DNA from: an uncultured Bacilli bacterium
GTDB taxonomy: Bacteria; Bacillota_I; Bacilli_A; RF39; UBA660
Direction: 5' to 3'
NCBI GenBank assembly: GCA_934130005.1
Contig: CAKOXD010000001.1
Coordinates: 705 to 64,704 of the forward strand
DNA length: 64,000 bases
The stretch's first letter is position 1, and every line of letters begins with the position of its first letter. The notes below the pieces were generated by a model. The model saw only the letters and a program-made list of their open reading frames with translations. It was not told the DNA's origin and ran no database searches. Made by a program: the position numbers and the translations under genes. Shown here piece by piece: positions 38,159-47,741 of this stretch.

Positions 38159-40687
38159 ATGGAAGAATTGTTTAATTTGAAACTAGTAGATTATATAAAA
38201 AAAATACAATCAATGAATGAAGAAGAACTAAAAAAATTGATTTTATCTGAAAAATTTTTAAATACTTCAAATCAAATAATCAATAGTACGTTTAATTTTC
38301 TAAATAAAGATTTAAAAAATATATTTATATTGGATAATAACTTACTATTAAAACTTTTGAAATCAATACAAACTCAAAAAATAAAATTTAATGTAATTGA
38401 TATTGAAACACAATATGAAGTTATAAAAAACATAGAACCATTTTTAAGACTAAACGATGTAGAACTTTATAATTTAATAAAATCTATGAATAAAGATGTA
38501 TATGAAAAATTTATAAATAACTTAAATAATTATATATATGATAATGATGTAACATCCAAAAATTCATTAATAGTTAATATAAATAATTTGTATAATGATT
38601 ATAAAAATGGTGAAAAAGATAGTTATTATATAAATAGTTTAAAACAAAAAATAATGAATGAATATAACATAAAAAATAATGAATTAATAAATCAAATAAC
38701 ATATAATTTTTTACTTAAAAATAGAAATATATTTGAATTATATAGAATCAAGTCAGAAATAGTACTATATATATATAACAAATTTAATATTGTTGTAAGT
38801 GAAAATTTATTTAATGATGAAAATCAAAATAAATATAATATATCATTAGAATTACTTGAGATGTTAAATAATAAGCACGTTATAAAAATAATAGAAAAAT
38901 TAAAGTTAATTGGAGAAGATAATGATAAAATATTTGTAACAGCAATTAAACTTTATTGTTTATTTGGTATAGATAATGCATTAAAAATATTAAATAATAA
39001 CTTTACATATTCTACAAGTAGAAGTTTAGAAAAAGCTGCTAATTTTAACTTTTTATATGAAAGACGTAATTATAGAATAAACCATCAAGATGAATTCTAT
39101 AGCTATGAAACCGTTGAAAAACTAAAAAAAGCTTTACAGAATAATGAAAAAGGATTTATAAAAAAAATAAGTAGAAATGGTGATACTGTATATGTAAATT
39201 CATTATTTTTACAACTTAAAGAAGATTATACATTATATAAAAATGATGATAAAATGCTTAACTATTTAAATGAAACAATAAAAAATGAAATAAATGAAAG
39301 AGAAAAAAATGTAAAATCATTTTATACAGCAAATTATTATCAAAATAATAGTTCAAATAGGAAACCATTAACACTTGATGAATTATTCAATATATTTTCA
39401 GATTATGATTGTTTTTTAACAATTTTCGACCAAAATAAAAATGTCATAATGAATCCAAAAATTAAAGATTTATTATTAGACAATGAAAAAAAAGATAATG
39501 ATTGTTTACTTAGAATGTTTTTTAATAAACAAGTATTAGATTATAATATTGAACTTATTAATATAATCAATGAATTTGATAAGATAGATAATATATTAAA
39601 CTTATGTGGTAATAATAGAAAAACATTTAGTGAAAAAGAGCTTTTAAATATATTAGATGTACATAAAATATTGAAATTTAATCTTGAAGTAGATGAAAAA
39701 GAAATACCACTAAGTGCATTATCGAAAACTCTTATATCAAAAACACATCTAACAACAAATGAAAACGAAGCATTAAAAGAATTTAAAAAAATATTTAAAG
39801 AGAGTAGAAAAAAAGTTTCATCTACAATTCCTAAAGTAAAAGGAATAACAAAAAATAATTTTAGATATAAAGTATTAGATAAAAATGATTTAGAATTATT
39901 AACTTGCGGAATTGATGTTGGTAGTTGTTTTAAACCAGGAGCCCCAGGAGAAGACTTTTATAAATATGCTTTAACAAGTAAATATTCCGATGTAATAGGA
40001 ATATGGGATGAAGATAATAACTTTTATATGTGTCCTATAATAAGAAATGGAAATGTTGTATATGGAAATGGAATAGATCCTGATAAAATTGATAAAGAAA
40101 CATTGCCAAAAGTAATAGAAGCACTAAAAAAATGTTATTCAGAAATTATAAAAAAAAGTAATAACTCAGAAAAAATAGATTTTTGTACAGTAACAGATTT
40201 GCATGATTATATAAAAGAAGAAGATGTATATGAAAAAATAGAAATTACCAAAGTACCTATGATAGATGAAAATTTCTATTGTGATTTAACTAAAAATGAT
40301 ATGGTAAGTTATATAATAGCAGGTAATAAAACAAATATAAAAGAATATAAACCTCAAATAGAATATTTAATACCAAGGCAAAAAAATTATGTTTATTCTA
40401 AAGAACAAATAGAAGATAAATTGATTATAGAAGAAAGAATTAATGAAATTGAATACAATAATTCTAAGATAAATAAAGAAGAATATAAAAACATAAATAT
40501 AGATGACTATATTTATGTTGTATGTAATGAAGACTGGTATATAGCACTTAGAAGTGATTTTTCATTAAAAACAGCATGTTTGTCATATGATAAAAGAGCA
40601 AAAGATGAATATCTAAGAGAATTTACTAAAATAAGATTCAACTACGAATTATACGATGCATTAGATAATAAAAAAAATAGGAGATGA
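38159..40687 (+). CDS. Large hypothetical protein (842 aa), no recognised domain
   Basis: Uninterrupted ORF with AAGGAGG upstream. The N-terminal two-thirds is helical and N/K-rich. A Cys-containing block lies at aa 565-640. Confidence 0.6.
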   Translation: MEELFNLKLVDYIKKIQSMNEEELKKLILSEKFLNTSNQIINSTFNFLNKDLKNIFILDNNLLLKLLKSIQTQKIKFNVIDIETQYEVIKNIEPFLRLNDVELYNLIKSMNKDVYEKFINNLNNYIYDNDVTSKNSLIVNINNLYNDYKNGEKDSYYINSLKQKIMNEYNIKNNELINQITYNFLLKNRNIFELYRIKSEIVLYIYNKFNIVVSENLFNDENQNKYNISLELLEMLNNKHVIKIIEKLKLIGEDNDKIFVTAIKLYCLFGIDNALKILNNNFTYSTSRSLEKAANFNFLYERRNYRINHQDEFYSYETVEKLKKALQNNEKGFIKKISRNGDTVYVNSLFLQLKEDYTLYKNDDKMLNYLNETIKNEINEREKNVKSFYTANYYQNNSSNRKPLTLDELFNIFSDYDCFLTIFDQNKNVIMNPKIKDLLLDNEKKDNDCLLRMFFNKQVLDYNIELINIINEFDKIDNILNLCGNNRKTFSEKELLNILDVHKILKFNLEVDEKEIPLSALSKTLISKTHLTTNENEALKEFKKIFKESRKKVSSTIPKVKGITKNNFRYKVLDKNDLELLTCGIDVGSCFKPGAPGEDFYKYALTSKYSDVIGIWDEDNNFYMCPIIRNGNVVYGNGIDPDKIDKETLPKVIEALKKCYSEIIKKSNNSEKIDFCTVTDLHDYIKEEDVYEKIEITKVPMIDENFYCDLTKNDMVSYIIAGNKTNIKEYKPQIEYLIPRQKNYVYSKEQIEDKLIIEERINEIEYNNSKINKEEYKNINIDDYIYVVCNEDWYIALRSDFSLKTACLSYDKRAKDEYLREFTKIRFNYELYDALDNKKNRR

Positions 40688-40691
40688 TATA

Positions 40692-41840
40692 ATGTTTAAA
40701 AGAGTATTTTTAATAGTATTAGATTCAGTAGGAATAGGAGAAAAAGAAGATTCAAAACTATATAATGATATAGGTGTAAACACATTTATGCATGCTATAG
40801 ATGGAATAGATTATACATATCCAAATTTTAGAAAAATGGGAATGTTTAATTTAACATTAGATAAAAATGAAGAAGCAATTGCATATCATTTAAAACTAGA
40901 TGAAGTAAGTAATGGAAAAGACACATTAACAGGACACTTAGAAATGATGGATGTTATAACTACTAAACCATTTAAAACATTTATGAATGGGTTTCCTGAT
41001 GAAATAATAAAAAAAATAGAAGAAATAAGTGGTAGAAAAGTAATAGGAAACTGTGTAGCAAGTGGGACTGAAATAATAAAAGAACTTGGTGACAGACAAA
41101 TGAAAACAGGAGAATTAATTGTTTATACATCTGCAGATTCTGTTTTACAAATAGCTGCACATGAAGATGTAATTCCACTTGATGAATTATATAGAATTTG
41201 TAGTGAAATAAGAGAATTTACTAAAAAAGAAGAATATAAAGTTGGTAGAATTATAGCACGTCCTTATATAGGAAGTAATGGTAACTTTACAAGAACACCT
41301 AATAGACATGATTATGCATTAAATCCAGCACATGAAACAGTATTAGACAAACTTAAAAAAAATAATTATGATGTAATCGCACTTGGAAAAATCGCAGATG
41401 TATTTAATAACTGTGGTATTACAAAAAGTACTAAAACAAAAGATAATTTAGATGGAATACTAAAAATAATAGAAACAGAAAAACAAGATTTTACAGGACT
41501 TTGTTTTGCTAACTTAAATGATTTTGACTCAAAATATGGTCATAGAAGAAATAAAATAGGATATGGGAATGCATTAAAAGAATTTGATAACTACCTAGAT
41601 GAAATAATAAATAATTTAAAAGATGATGACTTACTTATGATAACAGCTGATCATGGAAATGATCCAACATACATAGGAACAGATCATACAAGAGAATATA
41701 CACCACTTATAATTTATTCAAAGCAATTTAAAGAACCTAAAAAATTAGATACAATAAAATGCTTTAATGTAATAGGAAATACAATACTAGATAATTTTAA
41801 AATAGAACATGAAAATAGTATTTTAGATAAATTAAAATAA
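40692..41840 (+). CDS. deoB: Phosphopentomutase
   Basis: Begins RVFLIVLDSVGIGE and contains TADHGNDPT. Confidence 0.93.
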   Translation: MFKRVFLIVLDSVGIGEKEDSKLYNDIGVNTFMHAIDGIDYTYPNFRKMGMFNLTLDKNEEAIAYHLKLDEVSNGKDTLTGHLEMMDVITTKPFKTFMNGFPDEIIKKIEEISGRKVIGNCVASGTEIIKELGDRQMKTGELIVYTSADSVLQIAAHEDVIPLDELYRICSEIREFTKKEEYKVGRIIARPYIGSNGNFTRTPNRHDYALNPAHETVLDKLKKNNYDVIALGKIADVFNNCGITKSTKTKDNLDGILKIIETEKQDFTGLCFANLNDFDSKYGHRRNKIGYGNALKEFDNYLDEIINNLKDDDLLMITADHGNDPTYIGTDHTREYTPLIIYSKQFKEPKKLDTIKCFNVIGNTILDNFKIEHENSILDKLK

Positions 41841-41862
41841 AAGACTAATTATAGTCTTTTTT
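41841..41862 (+). terminator. Rho-independent terminator after deoB
   Basis: Stem AAGACTA/TAGTCTT with an ATTA loop and a T run. Confidence 0.65.
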
Positions 41863-41906
41863 GTTACATATAACTATCTATTTCATATTATAAAATAGGT
41901 GATTTT

Positions 41907-42338
41907 ATGAAAGAAATAGATATATTAAATGAATATATGTGTAATTTGAAAGTTTTCAATAATAATTTATATAATTTACATTTCAATGTTGTAGGAGAAA
42001 GCTTTATGGGATTGCATAAAAAATTAGAAGAATATTATAATAATATTGCTATAATGTACGATGATATAGCTGAATCAATTAAAATAATAGGAGGATATCC
42101 AATAACATCATTAAAAAAAATAGAAGAAATATCAAGTATAAAATCAATGATTAGTCAAGATTATAATAGCAATCAAATACTAGAAATATTAGATAATGAT
42201 ATGTCTTTTTTAACAGAATATACAAAAGATTTAATAAACTATTTTAAAGATAAAAATGATTATATAACAAACATTTTAAACAATAATTTAATGTTCTTTA
42301 CAAAAAATCTTTGGATGATTAAATCTAGCTTAAAATAA
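41907..42338 (+). CDS. dps: Dps-family ferritin-like protein
   Basis: Contains LYNLHFNVVGESFMGLHKKLEEYY and DDIAESI. Confidence 0.8.
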   Translation: MKEIDILNEYMCNLKVFNNNLYNLHFNVVGESFMGLHKKLEEYYNNIAIMYDDIAESIKIIGGYPITSLKKIEEISSIKSMISQDYNSNQILEILDNDMSFLTEYTKDLINYFKDKNDYITNILNNNLMFFTKNLWMIKSSLK

Positions 42339-42394
42339 TATTGATTTTTTTTCTAAATATTGTATAATTACTATGATAGTAGGTGTATACATAT

Positions 42395-43528
42395 ATGAAA
42401 AAAATAAAAACAATTTTAATTTTAATATTTATAATTTTAATTATATTAATATCTTTATTATTTATATATAATAAAAATAATAAATTAATATATAAAGAAG
42501 AAATAACTATTAATGTTGGTGATAAACTACCTAGTATAAATGATTATGTAGATAAAAAAGACTTAGATAAAGTTAAAAACATAAATATAAATTTTAAAGA
42601 TATAAATATAGAACAAAATAAAATATATTATTCAGGAATATACAATGGATCATTTAGTTTTAATAATAAAATATATAACGTTAAATTAAATGTACTAGAT
42701 AATATATCTCCTACAATAGAAAATCTAAAAGATATAACTATATATGAAGGTGAAAAAATAGACTTAATGAAAGATATTAAAGTAACAGATAATAGTCATG
42801 AACAAATAGATATACAAATAGATGGAACTTATAATATTTCAAAAAAAGGTGAGTATAATTTAAAATATATAGCAACTGATAAGAGTAAAAATAAAACTAT
42901 TAAAGAATTTAAACTTATAGTTAAAGAAAAAATAAAAAATAATACAAATTCCAATATTACAAGAGAGATAGGAAAAACAAAAGAAGGATATAAAATAGAA
43001 CAAAAAAATGGAATATATTATATAAATGGAATATTAATAGCAAACAAAACTTATAATCTTCCAAGTAACTATAATCCAGGAGCTCTTTTAAATACTTTTA
43101 CAAGTAATTTTAATAAAATGAAAAATGACGCTAAAAATAATAATATTAATTTATATATTAGAAGTGGTTTTAGATCATATAATACCCAAGTGTCTTTATA
43201 TAATAATTATGTAAAAAGAGATGGTAAAGCAGCAGCAGATACATATTCAGCACGAGCAGGTCATTCAGAACACCAAACTGGTCTTGCAGCTGATATTAAT
43301 AGTTTAGATCAATCATTTATAAACACTAAAGAAGGAAAATGGTTAAATGATAATTGCTATAAATATGGTTTTATCATAAGATATCCTAAAGGAAAAGAAT
43401 CAATTACAGGTTATATCTATGAACCATGGCATATAAGATATGTAGGAACAGATATATCAAGTAAACTATATAATAATGGTAATTGGATAACATTAGAAGA
43501 ATATTTAGGAATAGATAGTAAATATTAA
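42395..43528 (+). CDS. M15B (VanY-like) D-alanyl-D-alanine carboxypeptidase with an N-terminal anchor and an Ig-like domain
   Basis: Contains SGFRSY, HSEHQTGLAADI and EPWHIRYVG motifs. The segment DNISPTI..YNLKYIATD resembles an Ig-like domain. Confidence 0.85.
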   Translation: MKKIKTILILIFIILIILISLLFIYNKNNKLIYKEEITINVGDKLPSINDYVDKKDLDKVKNININFKDINIEQNKIYYSGIYNGSFSFNNKIYNVKLNVLDNISPTIENLKDITIYEGEKIDLMKDIKVTDNSHEQIDIQIDGTYNISKKGEYNLKYIATDKSKNKTIKEFKLIVKEKIKNNTNSNITREIGKTKEGYKIEQKNGIYYINGILIANKTYNLPSNYNPGALLNTFTSNFNKMKNDAKNNNINLYIRSGFRSYNTQVSLYNNYVKRDGKAAADTYSARAGHSEHQTGLAADINSLDQSFINTKEGKWLNDNCYKYGFIIRYPKGKESITGYIYEPWHIRYVGTDISSKLYNNGNWITLEEYLGIDSKY

Positions 43529-43581
43529 AAAATAAAAGTTTATTCTTTTATTTTTTTTCATATAGTTAAATAGGTGATTTT

Positions 43582-44325
43582 ATGAATTCTACTTTCATTT
43601 CTTTTTTACTTACTATAATAGCAGGTCTTTCTACATTAATAGGAAGCATAGTAATATTTATAAAAAATAATAATAAAGAAAAAATAATAATATCTTCTTT
43701 AGCATTTGCATCATCTGTAATGTTTTTTATTTCAATAACTGATCTTATTCCAGAATCCTATAACATGTTTAAAAATACCTTTAAAACATTTCCACTTATA
43801 ATGATTATTTTAATTAATATTAACATTGGAATAATACTGTCATTTTATATAAAAAAATATATACCTGAAAAAGAGGATAATTTATATAAAGTAGGATTAA
43901 TATCAATGCTTGCTATTATAATACATAATATACCAGAAGGTATGGCAACCTTTATGGCAAGTAACACAAATATAAACCTTGGAATATCACTTACAATAGC
44001 TATAGCACTTCATAATATACCAGAAGGTATAAGTATAGCTGTACCTATATATTATTCAACAAACAGCAAAACAAAAGCAATTTTGTATACATTTATATCA
44101 GGACTATCAGAAGTATTCGGAGCACTAATAACATACCTATTTTTAAAACCATTTATAAATGATTTTACTATGGGAATATTATTTTCTTTAATAGCTGGCA
44201 TAATGATGCATATATCAATATTTGAACTTTTAAAAACATCATTAAGTTATAATAAAAAAAATATAGTAAAAATCTCATTTTTATTTGGAACTATATTTGT
44301 TATATTAAGTAAATTTATATTTTAA
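43582..44325 (+). CDS. zupT: ZIP-family zinc transporter
   Basis: Contains two HNIPEG motifs and is a polytopic membrane protein. Confidence 0.88.
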   Translation: MNSTFISFLLTIIAGLSTLIGSIVIFIKNNNKEKIIISSLAFASSVMFFISITDLIPESYNMFKNTFKTFPLIMIILININIGIILSFYIKKYIPEKEDNLYKVGLISMLAIIIHNIPEGMATFMASNTNINLGISLTIAIALHNIPEGISIAVPIYYSTNSKTKAILYTFISGLSEVFGALITYLFLKPFINDFTMGILFSLIAGIMMHISIFELLKTSLSYNKKNIVKISFLFGTIFVILSKFIF

Positions 44326-44342
44326 TTAAAATAGGGTACAAT

Positions 44343-44366
44343 AAAAAGAGATTTATATCTCTTTTT
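44343..44366. terminator. Bidirectional terminator hairpin
   Basis: Stem AAAGAGAT/ATCTCTTT flanked by A and T runs, lying between convergent genes. Confidence 0.6.
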
Positions 44367-44376
44367 ACTTGGGTTA

Positions 44377-44565
44377 TTATCTTAATTCAAAAGAATGATC
44401 ATCATTGTCATCTAATTTAAAAGATTTAGATTCATTTTTAAAACCAATGTTTTCTTTATCTGTTACTTTATTATTAGATTTATTAGAAACATTTTTTGAA
44501 TTACAATCAGTTATATTATTATTACTTTTATTAGTAATATTTGATTGTTTTTTATTCTTTTTCAT
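44377..44565 (-). CDS. Small Asn/Lys/Ser-rich hydrophilic protein (62 aa)
   Basis: GGGTGATATAA precedes the ATG, matching the SD and spacing used by many genes in this window. Confidence 0.45.
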   Translation of the reverse strand: MKKNKKQSNITNKSNNNITDCNSKNVSNKSNNKVTDKENIGFKNESKSFKLDDNDDHSFELR

Positions 44566-44677
44566 TTATATCACCCATTATTTATTATGAAACTAAATTA
44601 TTAAAATATAATTGGAAAATAATGTATTTTTTTTAGTAATTATATGTTATAATTATTAAGAATGGGAGAGTATATTA

Positions 44678-46606
44678 ATGAATAAAAATGGAAATAATAA
44701 AAAGATACTACTTATTTTTATTATTTTTATATTAATATTTTTATCTATTATTTTAACCTATAATTTAGTTTTTAAAGAAAAAAAAATAACAAGAACAATT
44801 ATGATTTATATGGTAGGAGCTGATTTAGAAAGTAAATCAGGACTTGCTACTACCGATTTAAAAGGTATTAGTTATAATAAAATGGATAATAAAAATATTA
44901 ATGTAATATTAATAGCTGGTGGTACAGAAAAATGGGATAATTCATTTATAAATGAAAATGAAACTTCAATATTTGAACTAAAAGAAAATGGGTTTGAAAA
45001 AGTAAAAACTCAAAATCTAAAAAACATGGGTGATGAAACAGTATTTAAAGATTACCTAAATTATGTATATGATAATTATAAAACAGATAAATATGATTTA
45101 ATTTTTTGGAATCATGGTGGAGCAATTTATGGTAGTCAAATGGATGAAATAAGCAATGATGTTTTATCATTAGATGAAATGAAAAATGGATTAAAAAAAT
45201 CAAGATTTAATAATAAGAAATTAGAAACCATCATTTTTAGAACGTGCTTAAATGGAACATTAGAAGTTGCTAATACATTAGAAGATTATTCTAAATATTT
45301 AGTCGCATCAGAAGAAATAACTTATGGTACTCCATTTACAAATGTGCTTAATTTTATCAATAAAATAAATACAAATGATACAGGCTATGATATAGGATAT
45401 AAATTTATAGAATCATATAAAGAACATATAAAAACATTAAAAAGTACATACTCACAAGATAGTAATATCTATTCTACATATTCAATAGTAAACTTAAATA
45501 AAATTAAAAATTTAACTCAATCATTAAATGAATTTATAAAAAATATAGATTTAAAAAATAATTACAATGAAATATCACGTATAAGAAGTAATTTATACCA
45601 ATATGCATATACACAAAGTGATAGTGCTGAATATGATATGGTAGATTTATACAATTTAATAAATAAACTTAAAAAATACGATGAAAAATCCGCAAAAAAG
45701 GTACTTAGCAACATAGAAAGTGCTGTAGAATATAACTGGGCTACGAATAATAATTCAAGAGGAATAAGTATATATTTTCCATATAATGCAGATAAAAATG
45801 TAAAAAAATTATTTTTAAATATATATAGTAACTTTAAAAATCTAGATGATTATTATAATTTTATAAAAGAATTTTATTCAATTCAAAATAATAATAACTA
45901 TTCTTATTCATTTAGTAGTAATAAATTAAATATATCATCTAATAAAAATGAAGCTGATTTTAAGTTAGAATTAACAGACGAGCAAAAAGAAGGATTTGCA
46001 AATGCAAAATATATTGTATTTAAAGATAATAAAGATGGGTATTACCAGCCAGTATACATAGGACAGCAGACAACTTTAAATGGCAATATATTAAGTGCTA
46101 ATATAAAAGATAGACAATTAAAAGTAGTAGATAAAACAGATAAGAGTTTTAAAGGATATATTTTAACACTAATAGAATCTGAAGTTACAGATCAATATAT
46201 AAAATATAATACAAATGTAATTTTGCAAAACTTTAAAGACATTAAAAATTATAAAATGGATAATGCTCAAATGAATTTAATATTAAATAAAAAAAATAAT
46301 AAAATTTCAATTAATAACGTTATTTTAAATAATAAAAATAATTTAAAACCAAATATAGCAAGTGTAAATTTAAGCGAATATAAGAACATAGCATTTGGAA
46401 GTTTTAAATATAAAATATTAGATAGTAATGGTAATTATAAAACAGATTGGAACAGCAATGGTATATATGAAGGCGTAGAAATAGATGTAAAAGATATAGA
46501 TTTTGAAATACAAAACTTTGAAAATGATTATGATTATTATACAGTGTTTATGATAAAAGATACAAATAACAAAACATATTATTCAAAATTAATAAAAATG
46601 AATTAG
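44678..46606 (+). CDS. Clostripain-like (C11) cysteine peptidase with an N-terminal membrane anchor
   Basis: Contains IMIYMVGADLES, the His context FWNHGGA and the Cys context FRTCLNG. Confidence 0.75.
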   Translation: MNKNGNNKKILLIFIIFILIFLSIILTYNLVFKEKKITRTIMIYMVGADLESKSGLATTDLKGISYNKMDNKNINVILIAGGTEKWDNSFINENETSIFELKENGFEKVKTQNLKNMGDETVFKDYLNYVYDNYKTDKYDLIFWNHGGAIYGSQMDEISNDVLSLDEMKNGLKKSRFNNKKLETIIFRTCLNGTLEVANTLEDYSKYLVASEEITYGTPFTNVLNFINKINTNDTGYDIGYKFIESYKEHIKTLKSTYSQDSNIYSTYSIVNLNKIKNLTQSLNEFIKNIDLKNNYNEISRIRSNLYQYAYTQSDSAEYDMVDLYNLINKLKKYDEKSAKKVLSNIESAVEYNWATNNNSRGISIYFPYNADKNVKKLFLNIYSNFKNLDDYYNFIKEFYSIQNNNNYSYSFSSNKLNISSNKNEADFKLELTDEQKEGFANAKYIVFKDNKDGYYQPVYIGQQTTLNGNILSANIKDRQLKVVDKTDKSFKGYILTLIESEVTDQYIKYNTNVILQNFKDIKNYKMDNAQMNLILNKKNNKISINNVILNNKNNLKPNIASVNLSEYKNIAFGSFKYKILDSNGNYKTDWNSNGIYEGVEIDVKDIDFEIQNFENDYDYYTVFMIKDTNNKTYYSKLIKMN

Positions 46607-46620
46607 GAGTGTGATATATA

Positions 46621-47535
46621 ATGAATAATTGTAAAAAATGTGGTACAAATATAAATCCAGGAGAAAAATTTTGTAGAAACTGTGGTGAACCAACAGGACT
46701 AATAAAAACAGACAATTTAGAAGAGAGTAGGGTAGTAGTTAATGAATCCCCTATCACTAATAATCAAGACAATATAAATAATAATAATTTAAATAATTAT
46801 AATCAACAAAATATTCAAAATCCAACAATAAATAGTAATATAAATAACGCCAATAATAATAAAACAAATAAGAACTATAATCTAATAGCATATATAATAT
46901 TAGCTGGAATAGTTGTTTTACTTGTTGTTGTAATAGGTGTTTTGCTAGTCCTAAATGTTAATAAAGATGATGACAAATCAAATAAACATAGTAATACTAA
47001 TGATTATGAAGAAAAAATTGACAACACAAATGATAATACAACAAACAATACAACAAACAATACAACAAATACAACAGATTCAACTGACAGTGTAACATAT
47101 AAAGGATTTAAATTTTATAAAAAAGCTGGATATACATATCAATCAAATACAAATTCTTTAATTATTACTAGTTCAGGTTATTTTACAGGTATAACAATAT
47201 CATCTGCAACATTTAGTAATATAAAAGCAAATTTAGCTGAATTAGAAGCTCAATATCAAAAAAGTGGTGTTAATATATCAAATTTACAATTAAAAACAAT
47301 AAATAATACAGAAGTTGTTGTGGGTGATAGTACAATTAATGGTTATAAAGGAACTTGGTTTATTATAGAAGCATCTAAAACTGGATATATATATCAAGGA
47401 TATGTAACTAATAAATCATACACAACAAATTACAATGATGTAAGTATACCATTAGAACTTGTAAAAAATGCTGAATATGTAGGAAACTACAATAGTTATT
47501 CATCATCATCAGATATAAGTAATATTGCAAAATAA
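46621..47535 (+). CDS. Zinc-ribbon membrane protein with an N-rich low-complexity linker
   Basis: Begins CKKCGTNINPGEKFCRNCG. It has one TM helix and an extracellular C-terminal domain. Confidence 0.65.
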   Translation: MNNCKKCGTNINPGEKFCRNCGEPTGLIKTDNLEESRVVVNESPITNNQDNINNNNLNNYNQQNIQNPTINSNINNANNNKTNKNYNLIAYIILAGIVVLLVVVIGVLLVLNVNKDDDKSNKHSNTNDYEEKIDNTNDNTTNNTTNNTTNTTDSTDSVTYKGFKFYKKAGYTYQSNTNSLIITSSGYFTGITISSATFSNIKANLAELEAQYQKSGVNISNLQLKTINNTEVVVGDSTINGYKGTWFIIEASKTGYIYQGYVTNKSYTTNYNDVSIPLELVKNAEYVGNYNSYSSSSDISNIAK

Positions 47536-47537
47536 AA

Positions 47538-47562
47538 GCGTATAAATCATATACGTTTTTTT
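47538..47562 (+). terminator. Rho-independent terminator
   Basis: Stem CGTATA/TATACG followed by T7. Confidence 0.6.
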
Positions 47563-47578
47563 ATTTCAAATTTTAAAA

Positions 47579-47606
47579 AGTTAACATAATATATATTATA
47601 GGAACT
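47579..47606 (-). other. dif: dif-like XerC/XerD chromosome dimer resolution site
   Basis: The minus strand reads AGTTCCTATAA-TATATA-TTATGTTAACT. This matches the B. subtilis dif sequence as I recall it (ACTTCCTAGAA-TATATA-TTATGTAAACT) at 25 of 28 positions. It is intergenic and lies at the gene-strand switch. Confidence 0.7.
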
Positions 47607-47622
47607 AATTAAAACAATATAC

Positions 47623-47730
47623 TTAATATATCATATATTGCTTTATCTTACTGAACATAACTAATAAAGTTATAAATGCAAATATCACTATAACTATCAT
47701 ACCAATTGGTGTAGATACTTTATTATTCAT
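47623..47730 (-). CDS. 35-aa hydrophobic micro-protein (MNNKVSTPIGMIVIVIFAFITLLVMFSKIKQYMIY)
   Basis: AAAGGAGAAAAG lies directly before the ATG. It starts 11 nt after the stop of the HTH gene. It is below the track cut-off. Confidence 0.5.
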   Translation of the reverse strand: MNNKVSTPIGMIVIVIFAFITLLVMFSKIKQYMIY

Positions 47731-47741
47731 CTTTTCTCCTT

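Noticed and set aside
44581-44600. A second dif-like site (TTATTATGAAACT) that would flag an integrated Xer-exploiting element left of dif.
   Set aside because: Only a partial resemblance to the XerD arm is present. There is no matching central region or left arm.
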